A stretch of 63,015 bases of DNA, the filler included, from Welwitschia mirabilis (Eukaryota): NCBI GenBank assembly GCA_051453625.1. It is 9 parts of one record of this genome, joined end to end, with 100 filler letters (N's around TTAATTAATTAA, not from the genome) between each part and the next. Parts side by side here need not be neighbours in the genome. Positions count along the whole stretch, not along the records: positions 1 to 11,658 come from JBOZIK010000001.1; positions 11,759 to 13,450 come from JBOZIK010000001.1; 7 more parts are not named here. The stretch is one strand, 5' to 3'. Position numbers and translations under genes: made by a program. Positions 1 to 13,450 of this stretch are shown here, piece after piece. A model generated the notes under the pieces. It searched no databases and was not told the origin of the DNA. It worked only from the letters and a program-made list of their open reading frames with translations. Within the stretch, counting starts at the first letter, position 1. Each line of letters begins with the position of its first letter.

Positions 1-343
1 GATTTAATAGTTTTGCTTGAAGTGTTCAATTATAAACCAATCATTTATTATTATTAGTTGTAAATAATGCACTGATTCGATTAAAGTGTATGCACCTGAA
101 ACTAGACCACTATTGAACACTAATGGTAGTTCTTCAAATAATAGATGCAATGGTCTTTGCTCGTTTGGTATAATAAACTATAATTGTTGTTTTTTTATAA
201 AAATATGTGGCAAACTATCAATTATATCCAAGTTAGTGATTTTTAATCAAGTTGAATTCATTACCTACATTTACACAAGATCAGGAAAAATGCACTTGCC
301 ATGCTTTTGCAAATCGAGTTTCATAATCTGTGAAATGCAAGAC

Positions 344-422
344 CTCAAGCTTTTTTGTTTCGGCCTCTGCTTTTGCACTTTGCATGTTAATCCAAGAATC
401 CTCCTTACTTCTTCTCTTTCAA
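344..422 (-). pseudogene. Remorin C-terminal-domain exon, frameshifted
   Basis: Minus strand reads ttttccaAG|tt gaa aga gaa gaa gta agg ag gat tct tgg att aac atg caa agt gca aaa gca gag gcc gaa aca aaa aag ctt gag|GT, i.e. EREEVR-/-DSWINMQSAKAEAETKKLE. This matches the Remorin_C pattern (Y/F)xREEAKIQAWxNLQxAKAEAxxRKLE with a GT donor after KLE. There is a 1-nt shift between EEVR and DSW. Confidence 0.7.
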
Positions 423-699
423 CTTGGAAAATAGTCTATCTATAAATACTAACATTTGAATAAGACATATATTTACTTGAATATCTTTTTTCTTGATATA
501 TTTTGGTAAGAACAAAAAAACCTATACCTATTTCAATCCTTATGCATGACATTGGAATCTAGTACACATGTCTTCATATGTTTAGCAAAATCTGAATCCT
601 CTCTTCTTCAATTTATGATAGGAATGAAAATAGTTAGATAGAGGAAAGCTTGTGACAGTTTAAAAACTAATTTAACATGTGTACATAGCACAAAATATT

Positions 700-3084
700 A
701 TATCTTGTTCCCACCCTTAAGAATTATAGCTTCGATGAGATCCGAATGCCTTACTCATAAAAGCTTTTCTTCCCAACCTCCAAGTCTTTCTAGAAATAAT
801 CTTAGACCTATTTAATTGCATCAATGGAAAGATATAATGGTGATAATAAGAGGAATGTAAGGTAACAAATAGGGAATATTATCTTATAGAAAATAAAAAG
901 TAAATTACAAGAAAACTTCAGAATGAATACCTTGACATCTGGATTATGTTCCCCTTTCTAATTCTTTTTGATCCTATTTAATTATATACCAAATTTCAGC
1001 CTTAGAAACTAGCTTTGTAATTGCATAGGAACACTCACATAAGATACTTAGACTATTGACATATACATGTTTAAGACATATTTAACCTTTGAGTTACAAC
1101 TCTTTTTTCACACTTATCTATTGAATCAATACATTATTTGTGTGGTGGACAAATCTAAGAACCTTGTTTCCTTCAAATTCCTCTTGTACATTGTCATCTT
1201 AGTTGTCAAAATACTATTAAATGATGACTACGAAAGGAATCCATTATGTAATTCAAAAGGGGCCAAACGTGTAGAAGAGTGAACAACCTTATTATGACAA
1301 TACTAAAGGTAAGGCAATTTTTTATCTTATCTTTTTATTCATTATTGATTGTAATTGCACAAAAGGTGAAAATTGGTGGAAGTGATAAGCTTTTGTCCAT
1401 TCCTTTAGTGATGGAATTTTTTCATCCTTTTCAACTTTGTATTTAGCATATTTTACACAATTGTCCAAACATTTTAAGAGCCCTCCATTCCTATCACTTC
1501 TGATGTTGCTAGATAATCCAAATTAACAAAAACATAGGACACTGTAACAATCACCTTGTTAAATCTAGGTACCCCAATAAATAAATAATCATTTACATTT
1601 CTCCTTATTAATGAACCTTCATTAAAACATTGAAATGCTATATCAAGATCATTGGGGTATAGGTAGTAGAATACATGATCCTTGTTTATGATCACTACGC
1701 TTGCTTACTCTATAAATTACTCAAATTTGAATAAACTATGTAACATCCTTTTGCATATTTGCCTAATAAGTATACATTTGTGAATTAGTTGTAATTTTGT
1801 GCACCCCAAAATATCCAACAATTAGTTGCAACCTATTTCCTTTTCTAACAAGTATCTTTTTTTATTTAAACAATACATCATTCTATTTATGACAACTTGA
1901 TGCTTGAGTATTCCTACTTTTTCATTCTTACATACTTGATAAACAAGTCCAAACTCTTCTTCTTTAGCATAGTTGTCTTTGTAAGATTCAAAGATAAATG
2001 GTTGCAGTAAGCATTTTCTAACCTTTTTAACCATGTCAAATCTGTCATATAAGTGAAACAATCTAATATTGACAATTAGCATTTTAGGGATGTGTCTTTT
2101 CCAGGTTAAAAATGTGTCATAAGAACTAGATCTTCTAATAAAGCATCACAACCCTCTTATAAACTAATTAGGGATACATGATTTATCATCTTCTATCATT
2201 CCTAGCCAGTGTATTACTCCTAGCTTGATATGTACTTCATCTATGAACTAGGGAATGTTTTTGCAATAAACATAGCCATTTACAATGATATTTAATAAAG
2301 CTTTTTGTTAGCTTTTGATTGAATATTCTTTCACTTCTTTCTATTTTACATTTTTAAATTAATTATATTCAAAAATTTTGTATATGTCTAACAATAACTA
2401 CACAGTAAAATACCCCTTCTCTATAGAGTAAGCTTGGAGAATTGTTTTTTTCGTGGTTATACTTCTACCAAGTTCCAATAGATTATAAGGTAAAGACTTC
2501 TCTCAATAATGATTTCTTATGATGAAAATGAATAATGTGAAATTACATTAAGCAAGAACTTAGTAGCCTATTTTACTTGCTTCTTCCACATTATAAGGCA
2601 AAGCTTTTTGGGCAATTATATTTCATATATAGTTGTCTTCTTATTTTTGATAATCAAATAACTACAATAGATTCATGTGTTTAATCCAAAGAGGTGAAGC
2701 TATGCCTTTACCAAAATTTTAAGCAACATGAAGTTAATGGTACATTGATAATGATAGAAGAAATCAACTTTAACGATAACTAAGCTTTCTATCAACTCAG
2801 GTATTTACTTTCAATGCATACATTTTGCATGATGATTTACAATTTAAGTAAAAAAAATGTTAAAATCATGTTGAGTGTTCTAGTTTTCATTCTTGAAGTA
2901 GTGGGTAATCCTAGTAGCATTTAAATCTAAATTGTGAACTCTAACAAAAGGATTATTTTCTTTGTAGTCAACATGTATATATTTTAATTTAAAACCTAGC
3001 ATTAATTAAACCTTTGCATAAATAATTACTTAATTATTATCTTCCTCACTAACCTATTGATTGATTTAGTGAAAACAAATACCA
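700..3084 (-). mobile_element. Degenerate Ty3/Gypsy pol remnant (partial RT, RNase H, integrase)
   Basis: Minus-strand frames give the integrase Zn-finger region GYFGVHK..MQKDV..LPIP..SISM (1620-1820), core FGLSSNIRSDR..NTKLKR..FH..NGQ (1390-1525) and DKKLPYL*YCHNKVVHSSTRLAPFE (1250-1330). Many stops and frameshifts. A purine tract lies near 700-715. Confidence 0.8.
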
Positions 3085-3790
3085 TGATGAAAGTTTTTGG
3101 TAGTACTAGTCATGATGGGTACCTATGAGTGAGTAGATTTCTAGCAATATGCATGGACAAAGGACCCACAAAAAATTACTCTAGGGAATTTTATTAGATA
3201 AAATCTTATTTGGTCTTATTAATAGGATGATGAGTTTTTTGGATAAATATTGATCACATTAAGGATTTCTTAAGGAGTAAGGAGAAGGATGATAGTACAC
3301 AACAAAGTTTGAAAATGTAATAGGTTCTAACAATCTTGGAGAGTTGGGAGTCTAGTTTTTGTAAACCACTATTTTTATAGAACCTTCTATATGTATTTTG
3401 TAATAGGTTTATAGTAAGATAATTAGTATATATGTTACATTTACAATTTTAACCCTTAAGTATATATGTTAGATCTATGATTTTAACCCTTACTTATAGG
3501 TATTAATCCCAATATGGTTCAGATAATACGTTGGTTGTAAAGCATATAGAAGGCTAAATGAGACTATGGAGAGGTAGAAAATGTAAATGTTATTGTGAGG
3601 ATAAATGAAGAAGTTGCTTGTATAATTTATAAAGAAAAAAAGACATTAATTATAAAGGTTTGCCTTATTATGGCATCTTTGAGCTCATTAATGATATGAG
3701 GACAAAATAATACATGAATATATTTGTTGACTTGTGTGCATAGATTTTTAATATGTTTTAGAAAAGTTCTCCTATAGATGTCATATATCA
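3085..3790 (-). repeat. Probable 5' LTR of the 0.7-3.1 kb Gypsy element
   Basis: Minus strand reads ...catca|tggtattt at 3077-3089 (LTR end plus degenerate Met PBS), with TATA-like ctataaaaatag near 3370. The far boundary is uncertain. Confidence 0.3.
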
Positions 3791-4093
3791 AAGGTAAATT
3801 TACTAGCTACTAGAGGTGAATTTTGAAGAATGTTTTACTTTCTACAGCTAAAGATTTATTCGTTCCTAAGCAGCATACCTATAATATTTGTAAGGAGATT
3901 AGGCCCAAACACAAGAAGTGTGTTAATGATAAAGTAAGTGTACAAATGTGGTATGAATCATGTAAGGAGTCTTATTTTCATTTATCAAGAAGAGGATCAC
4001 TTAGGCACTTGTTTTATAATTGGACTCTAATCTCTATGGACATCGAAGAATATGTATGCATAATCAATCAATAACATTCTATCTATGTATTCT

Positions 4094-5624
4094 TATTGGC
4101 ATAATCTTAGTTTTAATGATTCCACTTATTAAATGTGATGTGTTTAATGTGTAGACAAAACAATTGAAGAACATCCAAGTTGCAAATATGGATTAAGCTA
4201 GTCAAACTTTAAACCTCAAAGTTCATAGAAGCTTTAGCTCAAAGTTTATGAAAAACACACAAAATTGACTAGAGACATCTACAATCTATGATAAAGACAT
4301 CTGCTATCTTGAAGATGTCTAGGCTAAATCTAAAGTTATCATAGATGAAAGACATCTATCATGACACATACATCTATATTAAATCAAGGACCTGAGAAAG
4401 GTGAAAGACGTCTAGTAAGTTAAAGACGTGAATACTAGTTCAACTATTTAAAGATATCTACTGAATTGAAGATATATATTCTCAATTAAAAGAGGTGACA
4501 GAGGTCGAATTGTGCCATGATGAATTATTTGAATTTCAAGGGATTAGGCACGTCTTACATGATGAATTCGTGATACCTAAGGGTTAACGNNNNNNNNNNN
4601 NNNNNNNNNNNNNNNNNNNNNNNNNNNNNNNNNNNNNNNNNNNNNNNNNNNNNNNNNNNNNNNNNNNNNNNNNNNNNNNNNNNNNNNNNATGATGAATTC
4701 GTGATACCTAAGGGTTAACGATGTAACAGTTTAAAGATTATTGAAATTTGGGTAGTTTGAACAAAGACACTTTTAAGGATGAAGAAATCTACCTAACAGA
4801 GATGTCTCCAACATCAAAGATGTCTATCCCAAAAAATTGACAAAAAATAAAATAGCCATTAAATGATTAAATCTTAGCTGTTTATAGCTATTGCATGGTG
4901 TTTAAACATTTCCAAATGGCTATCTCACTAGTATAAAGGCTCAAAAGACATTTCAAGCATAAAAGGCAAAAAGTGTAAAGAGAAAAAGGCTTTTGGGTGA
5001 TTGACACTACACATGAAGATTTTTGTGTTCTTAATGAAGATAACCATTTACTAAAGACATTGCTTGATCATTGGCTCTCTCACAATGTACAAATTTGATC
5101 TTAGACATTTGTGGGTGACCACAATAAGGAGAACTCAAGCGTTCTATTAAAGTAATATATTTCAGGCTTGTTTTTTATTTCTTAGCATTATTTATTGATA
5201 CTTCATCATAGGACTAATAGATTATTGAATTCATTCTTTTCAATCCATAAATTATAATCATCTTTAGGATCTCTTGGTTGGGGATTCCAAAGTATAAGAT
5301 AACCCATATATCGGTTGGCATCCTTGAGTGCTTAAGAGCACAACTTGGTCTTGGTACATTGTAATCCCCAAGGGGAAGAGAGTTCTACCTTGCATGGAGC
5401 ATCTCATTTGTATGTAAGACTAGTGATGCTTCAAAACCACTATTTTATAGATTAAGAATATCTAGAGGTGTAAAGGGAAGTTATCCTCTGTGTGTGAACA
5501 TACCCATGTTGGAAAAATACATTAATTTAATAAGGTCTCTATTGTGAAATTTTAGTTATTTTTAATTAAGATTTATTTTTGATAAAACTTATTCATCCCT
5601 CCCCTCTGAGTTCAATGATCCTTA
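4094..5624 (+). repeat. 5' LTR of Sirevirus-type Copia
   Basis: Aligns along its length with 15203-16896. Starts tattgg (decayed tgttgg) and ends with the C-rich attcatccctcccctct motif typical of Sirevirus LTR 3' ends. Confidence 0.9.
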
Positions 5625-5626
5625 AG

Positions 5627-5638
5627 TGGTATCAAAGT
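5627..5638 (+). promoter_or_regulatory. Primer-binding site (tRNA-iMet)
   Basis: tggtatcaaagt, 2 nt after the LTR end (consensus tggtatcagagc). Confidence 0.8.
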
Positions 5639-5676
5639 AGGTACTCACAAGAAGGAGTAATATCCTTGAGTGACCT

Positions 5677-8600
5677 ATGGAAGGAATACCATTTGTCAAA
5701 CCTCTACTCTTTTATAGGATAGACTANNNNNNNNNNNNNNNNNNNNNNNNNNNNTACTTATAGTCTTTTGAGTTTTAGATTTGGCAAAGCATTAAAGATG
5801 GATACTTAGAACGCATGGAAACCATTATAGATGCCATAGGAAACTCCATCACTTAAATTAAACCTAGAAGAAATTGGGAAGATAAATAAAAGACAACCTT
5901 TATGTATGACTCAAAGGTAAAGAATTCCCTTTACTTAGCCCTTACTATGTAGGAATTCAACTAAATAACTGGAGGAAAAATAGCNNNNNNNNNNNNNNNN
6001 NNNNNNNNNNNNNNNNNNNNNNNNNNNNNNNNNNNNNNNNNNNNNNNNNNNNNNNNNNNNNNNNNNNNNNNNNNNNNNNNNNNNNNNNNNNNNNNNNNNN
6101 NNNNNNNNNNNNNNNNNNNNNNNNNNNNNNNNNNNNNNNNNNNNNNNNNNNNNNNNNNNNNNNNNNNNNNNNNNNNNNNNNNNNNNNNNNNNNNNNNNNN
6201 NNNNNNNNNNNNNNNNNNNNNNNNNNNNNNNNNNNNNNNNNNNNNNNNNNNNNNNNNNNNNNNNNNNNNNNNNNNNNNNNNNNNNNNNNNNNNNNNNNNN
6301 NNNNNNNNNNNNNNNNNNNNNNNNNNNNNNNNNNNNNNNNNNNNNNNNNNNNNNNNNNNNNNNNNNNNNNNNNNNNNNNNNNNNNNNNNNNNNNNNNNNN
6401 NNNNNNNNNNNNNNNNNNNNNNNNNNNNNNNNNNNNNNNNNNNNNNNNNNNNNNNNNNNNNNNNNNNNNNNNNNNNNNNNNNNNNNNNNNNNNNNNNNNN
6501 NNNNNNNNNNNNNNNNNNNNNNNNNNNNNNNNNNNNNNNNNNNNNNNNNNNNNNNNNNNNNNNNNNNNNNNNNNNNNNNNNNNNNNNNNNNNNNNNNNNN
6601 NNNNNNNNNNNNNNNNNNNNNNNNNNNNGAACATAGCCTCAACATGTCCTAGCTTTAACAGATTATAGGAAAAAGTATAAAAGAAAGAACCCAAGAAGGA
6701 GAGGTCCTTTTTCACATGCTAAGATGATGATAAGGATGCAATTGAAGTAGAGACCTCTGATGATGAAAGAAATCATCCATCTAACATGACTATTGTGCAT
6801 ATCCAAAGTAACAATGAAGAAGGAAAAAGAGAATCTAAATTAGAAAGTGAAGGAGAAACAAGTATGAAACTTCAAGATAACTATGGCTTAATTNNNNNNN
6901 NNNNNNNNNNNNNNNNNNNNNNNNNNNNNNNNNNNNNNNNNNNNNNNNNNNNNNNNNNNNNNNNNNNNNNNNNNNNNNNNNNNNNNNNNNNNNNNNNNNN
7001 NNNNNNNNNNNNNNNNNNNNNNNNNNNNNNNNNNNNNNNNNNNNNNNNNNNNNNNNNNNNNNNNNNNNNNNNNNNNNNNNNNNNNNNNNNNNNNNNNNNN
7101 NNNNNNNNNNNNNNNNNNNNNNNNNNNNNNNNNNNNNNNNNNNNNNNNNNNNNNNNNNNNNNNNNNNNNNNNNNNNNNNNNNNNNNNNNNNNNNNNNNNN
7201 NNNNNNTTATTTAACAGAGAGAACTACTAGCCAAGGTATGATCATATAGCTTACGTTAATAATGTTAAATGTTATTATTGCTATAAATATGATCATTGTC
7301 AATTTAATTATCCTTTGAAGTTTAACACTAGATATTATGCTAATAGTACCAAAAGGCTAGGAAGTATGATATAATGTCTTGTGTGGGATAAACTAAAGAA
7401 GATATGGATTCCAAAATCAAGACTAGCTCTCTTAGCTCAAATTTTACTATGAGTGGTAAAGCAACATGCCTAGTATGTTCACAATGGATGTTGAAGACAC
7501 ATGACTAGAGATAAATGTATCTTTATCACCTTGGTAGATCAAGACAAAGGAGTGCTCACTTTTGGTGATAACATGAAGGTTTCCATTATAGGTATTGAAA
7601 CATTCGAGGAGGTAATTTACTTAAGGTAAAAGATGGTTTTTTATGTAGAAGGATTGTAACATAATATTATTAGTATTATTTAGTTATGTAATCTAAACGT
7701 TTTTGTAACTTACACCAAAGATGGTTGTGTTATCAAAGAGCATAACTCAAACAAGGTATTATTTGTTAGAATTAAAAAATCTAATGTTTACATCACTACA
7801 TTACTAGGTATCTCTAACAAGGGAACCGATTGTCTCTTAATTACTATAGGTAAAGTAAAGCTATAACACAAAAAGCTTGATCATGTAAACAAGGACTTAT
7901 TAAAGACTTTATCTTCAAAAGATACAATAAGAGAACTTTCCAAGTTGCAAAATTTTGATGATCAGGTATGCAAGGATTGTCAGAAAGAAAATAAAATAAG
8001 GGCAAGATTTGGAAAGGAAGACTTTATTACTATAGAACTCCCTTTAGATCTTCTGTATCTTGATATTATTGGTCCTTCTCCTACTGAAAGTCCTAGTAAG
8101 AAAAGATATTATCTAACTATTATTGATGATTATTCTCGCTTTACATGTGTACCCTTCCTTGCATATAAGGATGAGTCCTTTCACATGTTTTATAAGTTGT
8201 GTATCAGATTGAAGAATCAAAAGAGATAAAAAATCAAGATAATAAGCAACGATAATGGCANNNNNNNNNNNNNNNNNNNNNNNNNNNNNNNNNNNNNNNN
8301 NNNNNNNNNNNNNNNNNNNNNNNNNNNNNNNNNNNNNNNNNNNNNNNNNNNNNNNNNNNNATTACTATAGAACTCCCTTTAGATCTTCGTTATCTTGATA
8401 TTATTGATCCTTCTCCTACTAAAAGTCTTAGTAAGAAAAGATATTACCTAACTGTTATTGATGACTATTCTCACTTTATGTATGTAGCCTTCCTTGCATA
8501 TAAGGATGAGTTCTTTGACATGTTTTATAAGTTGTGTATCAGATTAAAGAATTAAAAGAGATACAAAATCAAGATAATAAGAAACAATAATGGCACTAAG

Positions 8601-10830
8601 TTTAATAATGCAAGCTTAGAAACTTTTGTGAATAGATTGATATCCTTTACTAATTCTTTGCACCAAGTACTTTATAATAGAATGGGGTTGCTGAAAGAAA
8701 GAATAGGATTCTAAATGAAATGGCAAGAATGTTGATGCATGATTAGTAGGTTTTGTATCATTTCTAGATAAAGCCATTAATAATACATGCTACATTTGGA
8801 ATTGAGTTTTGGTAAGATGCTTTACTTCAAAAACCTCATATGAACTATAGTTTAGTAAGAAACCTTTAATAAGTTATTTTTATGTATCTAGTTTAAAATG
8901 TTTCATTTTTAACTGAAAAACATAAGCTAAGGAAATTTGATTCCAAAGTTGATAATGATATTTTTCTAGGTTATTCCATGGTCAGTAAATCATACTAAGT
9001 ATTCAACAACAAAACTTATGTAGTATAGGAAACTATTAATGTTAAAATAGATGATACTGACTCAACCTCTATTTGTGTGCAGGATGACTATGTGCCCATA
9101 CAGCATGAACAACCCTCTAGTAGAATCAGATAGTAAGGATAAGAAGGAAGAAGAAACTGAGAAAAAAACCTCTTCAAACATGATCACATTAAAAAAGAAT
9201 CATTCTACAAGTAACATCATTGGTAGTCCATATGGTGGTAGTCAAACTCGAAGCCATACTAAGAAGTTTTATAGATTTTTAGTTTACATCTCACAAGTAG
9301 AACTCAAAACTCTTAGTAAAGCAGAAAATGATGAGAATTAGATGCTAGTACTACAAGAAGAATTAAACCAATTTAAAAGATGTGATGTTTGGGAACTCAC
9401 TCCAAGGCCATCCAATAGATCTGTCATTAACATAAAATGGGTCTTTAGAAACAAAACATATGAAAACATTAATTATGATAAAAAATAAAGTAAGACTAGT
9501 AGCTGAAGGTTATAATCAATAAGGAGGCATAAAATTTGAAGAAACCTCTTCACTAGTGGTGTATATGGCATCTATAAGAATGATTTTATTCTTTACATAT
9601 ATCAAAGGATTTAGACTCTATCNNNNNNNNNNNNNNNNNNNNNNNNNNNNNNNNNNNNNNNNNNNNNNNNNNNNNNNNNNNNNNNNNNNNNNNNNNNNNN
9701 NNNNNNNNNNNNNNNNNNNNNNNNNNNNNNNNNNNNAGACTTTTTTTGGTCTTAAGCAAGTACCTAGAACTTAGTATAAGAGACTCTTAGGATAGCTAGT
9801 AGAAAATGGATTTAAAAGGGGTACATCTAATGTTACATTATTTATTAAAATAGACTAGTAAAGATTTTATTATTATATAAATATATGTAAATAATATAAT
9901 ATTTGGTGCTACTAACAAATCATTATCTAAGAAGTTTACTAACATTATGCAAGATGAATTTAAGATAAGCCTTATGAGATAAACGAGTAACTTTTTGGGC
10001 GTGAAGTTATGTAAAACAAATAAGGTATGTTTGTTTCTTAATCTAAATATGTTAAAAATTTATTGGCTAAGTATGGCTTTTAAGATCACAAGGCAAAAGA
10101 TATTCTAATTAGCCAACGCATGAAACTAAACAAGGATAAACATGGTAAGAAAGTTAACGAAAACCTATATAGAGTTATAATTAGTAGTTTATTGTATTTG
10201 ACAGCTAGTAGGCCTGATATCATATTGAGTATAGGTATTTGTGCCCATCATCAGAGTGATCCTAAATAATGACATCTTACAGAAGTTAAAAGAATATTTT
10301 ACTATTTGAAAGGTATTACTAATTAAGGCCTTTGGTACTCAAAGGATTCCTTCCTTGATCTAATTGGGTATTATGATGTAGACTGGTTAGGTTACAAGGA
10401 TGATAGGAGGAGCACTAGTGGAAATTTATTTTTGGTTGGGTAATGCTTGGTGTCTTGGAGTAGAAAAAAGTAAAATTCAACTACCCTCTTAACTAGCCAA
10501 GTAGAGTGCATCACTATTAAAAGTTGTTGTTCTTAATTCCTTTAGATGAAACAAACCTTAAAGAACTTTAGACTAATCATAAAAAATATTTGTATTTATT
10601 GTGACAATAAAAAAGCCATTAACATCTTAAAGAATCCAATTTAACACTTAAGAACTAAACATATTAAGATCAGACATCATTTTCTTAGAGAATTTACAAA
10701 ACAAGAACATCATGTTGGAATATGTTAATATTGATGATCAATTCACTGATGTTTTTATCAAGCTATTGAGTAGAAACATGTTTATCAATCTGCGCAGGAA
10801 CATGGAATTGGGCCTTGCCCAATTAAATAA
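5677..10830 (+). pseudogene. Copia gag-pol polyprotein, disrupted
   Basis: Gag start MEGIPFVKPLLF; Zn knuckle KCYYCYKYDH (~7265); protease *YVHNGC*RHMTRD (WYLDSGCSRHMTGD-like, ~7470); L*HKKLDHVN (7861); integrase LDLLYLDIIGP..IIDDYSRFT; RT ~9330-10250; RNase H YYDVDW..DRRSTSG..IYCDN..RTKHIKIRHHF. Confidence 0.92.
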
Positions 10831-11658
10831 CTCAATAGGTAATTGCTCTCAAATCTCAACCTAGCATTTNNNNNNNNNNNNNNNNNNNNNNNNNNNNNNN
10901 NNNNNNNNNNNNNNNNNNNNNNNNNNNNNNNNNNNNNNNNNNNNNNNNNNNNNNNNNNNNNNNNNNNNNTCAAATCTCAACCTAGCATTTTAACTTATCA
11001 ATACTTTTTGAGTTGATATATTAGCTGGAACATAGACAAGTATATCATGTCCATGTTATTTTATCATTCATTCCAGCTGTGATAGTCTAATCTTGACATT
11101 AGCTATAGAAGATCTTTAAGTTTCTATTTTGTAAGAAAGACATCCTTGAAGTTGCATATACCTAAGATAGAGATTTATTTAAACTATAGATGTCCTTTAA
11201 GTAGATGTCTTTGGGCATGCAGATGTCTTTGGAGGTTAAATATTAATTTATTAATTCTATTTATTTTTTGAAATAGATGTCTCTAGTTTTGTAGACGTAT
11301 TTGGTATGTATAGGTAACTATTGAAATTTCTTATTAGTAAGCATCTTTTCATTTAATAGATTTCTACTTTCATAATTTTAGATGTCTTTCAAGAAGTATA
11401 CATCCCTTATGCAGTGCATCTAAAATTAAAATGCATGCCAAAAATAAGGATTTTTAACCCTTTAGGAAAGGAACCATCATCCCTCATTTTTTGTCCTCCA
11501 CTTACCAGGTATTTCCATCAGAGTGCTTTGTATCTGGAGTTTACTTAAATCTCTCAGCATAGACATCTTCGAATTGAAAGAAGTCTACACAGCTAGTAAA
11601 TTAGGTGCTATTTTCTTTAATAGGTGTTTATTTTCATTGGTTCTTTTACATATTGTAA

Positions 11659-11758
11659 NNNNNNNNNNNNNNNNNNNNNNNNNNNNNNNNNNNNNNNNNN
11701 NNTTAATTAATTAANNNNNNNNNNNNNNNNNNNNNNNNNNNNNNNNNNNNNNNNNNNN
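11659..11758. other. Artificial scaffold linker N44-TTAATTAATTAA-N44 (one of eight)
   Basis: Identical 12-mer at 11703, 13495, 18647, 23274, 33927, 38009, 42587 and 57323, always centred in N runs; it gives stops in all six frames. Confidence 0.97.
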
Positions 11759-13450
11759 TTAAGAATAAAGAAACTATATAACATGATACATAAAACCAAT
11801 AGGAAGGGAGAAATCTCCACTATCAAAAACACTATCTTAAAAGATGAGTCCTAAGGACCCAGGCAAAAAATACTAGATTTTAACTAAATGATAACAAGAG
11901 AAGAATTAAACTACTAAATCTTAAAAAAACAAAAGAAAGAAAACAATGAAGCAAACATAACAAAAGACTAGAGCCATTTACCATAAGTTTTCACAAGTTT
12001 ATCCTATGCTAGAATTGATAGAGAGTTTTTTCCTCTTATTAGTAAGAACATCCTTCACTCTATTCAGTTCCTTGGTCTTTTTTGAAGCTTCTTGAATATT
12101 GTNNNNNNNNNNNNNNNNNNNNNNNNNNNNNNNNNNNNNNNNNNNNNNNNNNNNNNNNNNNNNNNNNNNNNNNNNNNNNNNNNNNNNNNNNNNNNNNNNN
12201 NNNNNNNNNNNNNNNNNNNNNNNNNNNNNNNNNNNNNNNNNNNNNNNNNNNNNNNNNNNNNNNNNNNNNNNNNNNNNNNNNNNNNNNNNCAATGTGTATT
12301 TTTGTAAACCTTACATCCTTGACCAAATCCTAAAAATTACTAAAAATATATAGATTGCATAACGTAATACACTAATATAGATAAGAGTGATTTAAATGTC
12401 ATAATTCCATTAAAGGCATAGATGAGAAGAAAGAGAATTGATTTCAAATGAAATACTTATGCACTTTCTAGAAGAACAAATAACTATGCAAGTAAACAAT
12501 GTAAATAAATAACTATGCAAATAAGATACAAGATCTATTTTAAATGCAATATCTATTTAATTACAAAATCAACCTATCATATAGATTGGCCTTATCTAAT
12601 CTAGATCAATCAAGAAAAGTTATCACTAGACCAAAACCAATATAAGCTATCAGGTGCGTCAAATAAAATATGAAAACAATGCAAAGTTAATCTAAGAGAT
12701 GAAATGTAATATACTTAAACTAACAATATCAATCTTAAAAAAAGGTTACCCTTATGATTTATATCACATATGAATTTTTCATGGAATCAAAAGCAACGTA
12801 AACCATAAGGGAGATGCACATAACAAATGATATGAAAAGAAAAACAGAGTTTTGATTAAGTCAAACCAACATTTGTGTCATAAAGCAACAACACCTTAAT
12901 GAAAGATACGCAGCCCAACACTAAGGAAGATGTCTCTTTGTAATAACAATGGATGGATATCTTTCCCTTTGATCTCTTGTCATGAGAATTTATAGTGCTA
13001 AAGAAGATAAAAATAGAAAATACTAATAGAAGCAGTAAAACCTAACATCTCTACAAGAAGGCACAAGATATATGGCAAAAGTTTAGTGAAGTTTGATGAA
13101 GCATTATATTTAAGTATCATCTTGCTGATCTTTTAGACATCACAGGCAATAATGCCATATCATATAGGATCCACATTAGCTACTAGATTAGTCCAGTAAG
13201 CATCTTAGTTAGCATATGTTCTTTTTGTCATTCGTATTGTCATCCGGACAACAAGGTGGACAATGGATTTTGTAAAGATGTTTCTTGTCGAATTTGCCTC
13301 TTTAATTACAAAATTGTTGCTTTAAATAGAAAGTATTGTAATTTACTTTAAATCCTATTAAATGTAATAAAGATTGCATGTTTTCGGGATATTTGCCTTA
13401 GCTCTCTATTGTCATCAAAACTTAGTATAGACCTATCTAATGTCCTATAA
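11759..13450 (-). repeat. Linker-bounded contig duplicating 17619-18730 (J-domain 3' part plus Athila-like LTR)
   Basis: Colinear with 17619-18602 with scattered substitutions. Its end (acctatctaatgtcctataa) overlaps 18711-18730. Confidence 0.9.
11968..12102 (-). pseudogene. Second, partial copy of the J-domain ORF (helix III-IV)
   Basis: NIQEASKKTKELNRVKDVLTNKRKK; the N-terminal part falls in the N gap. Confidence 0.7.

Noticed and set aside
86-445. 119-aa plus-strand ORF
   Set aside because: No recognisable motif; it is antisense to the remorin exon.
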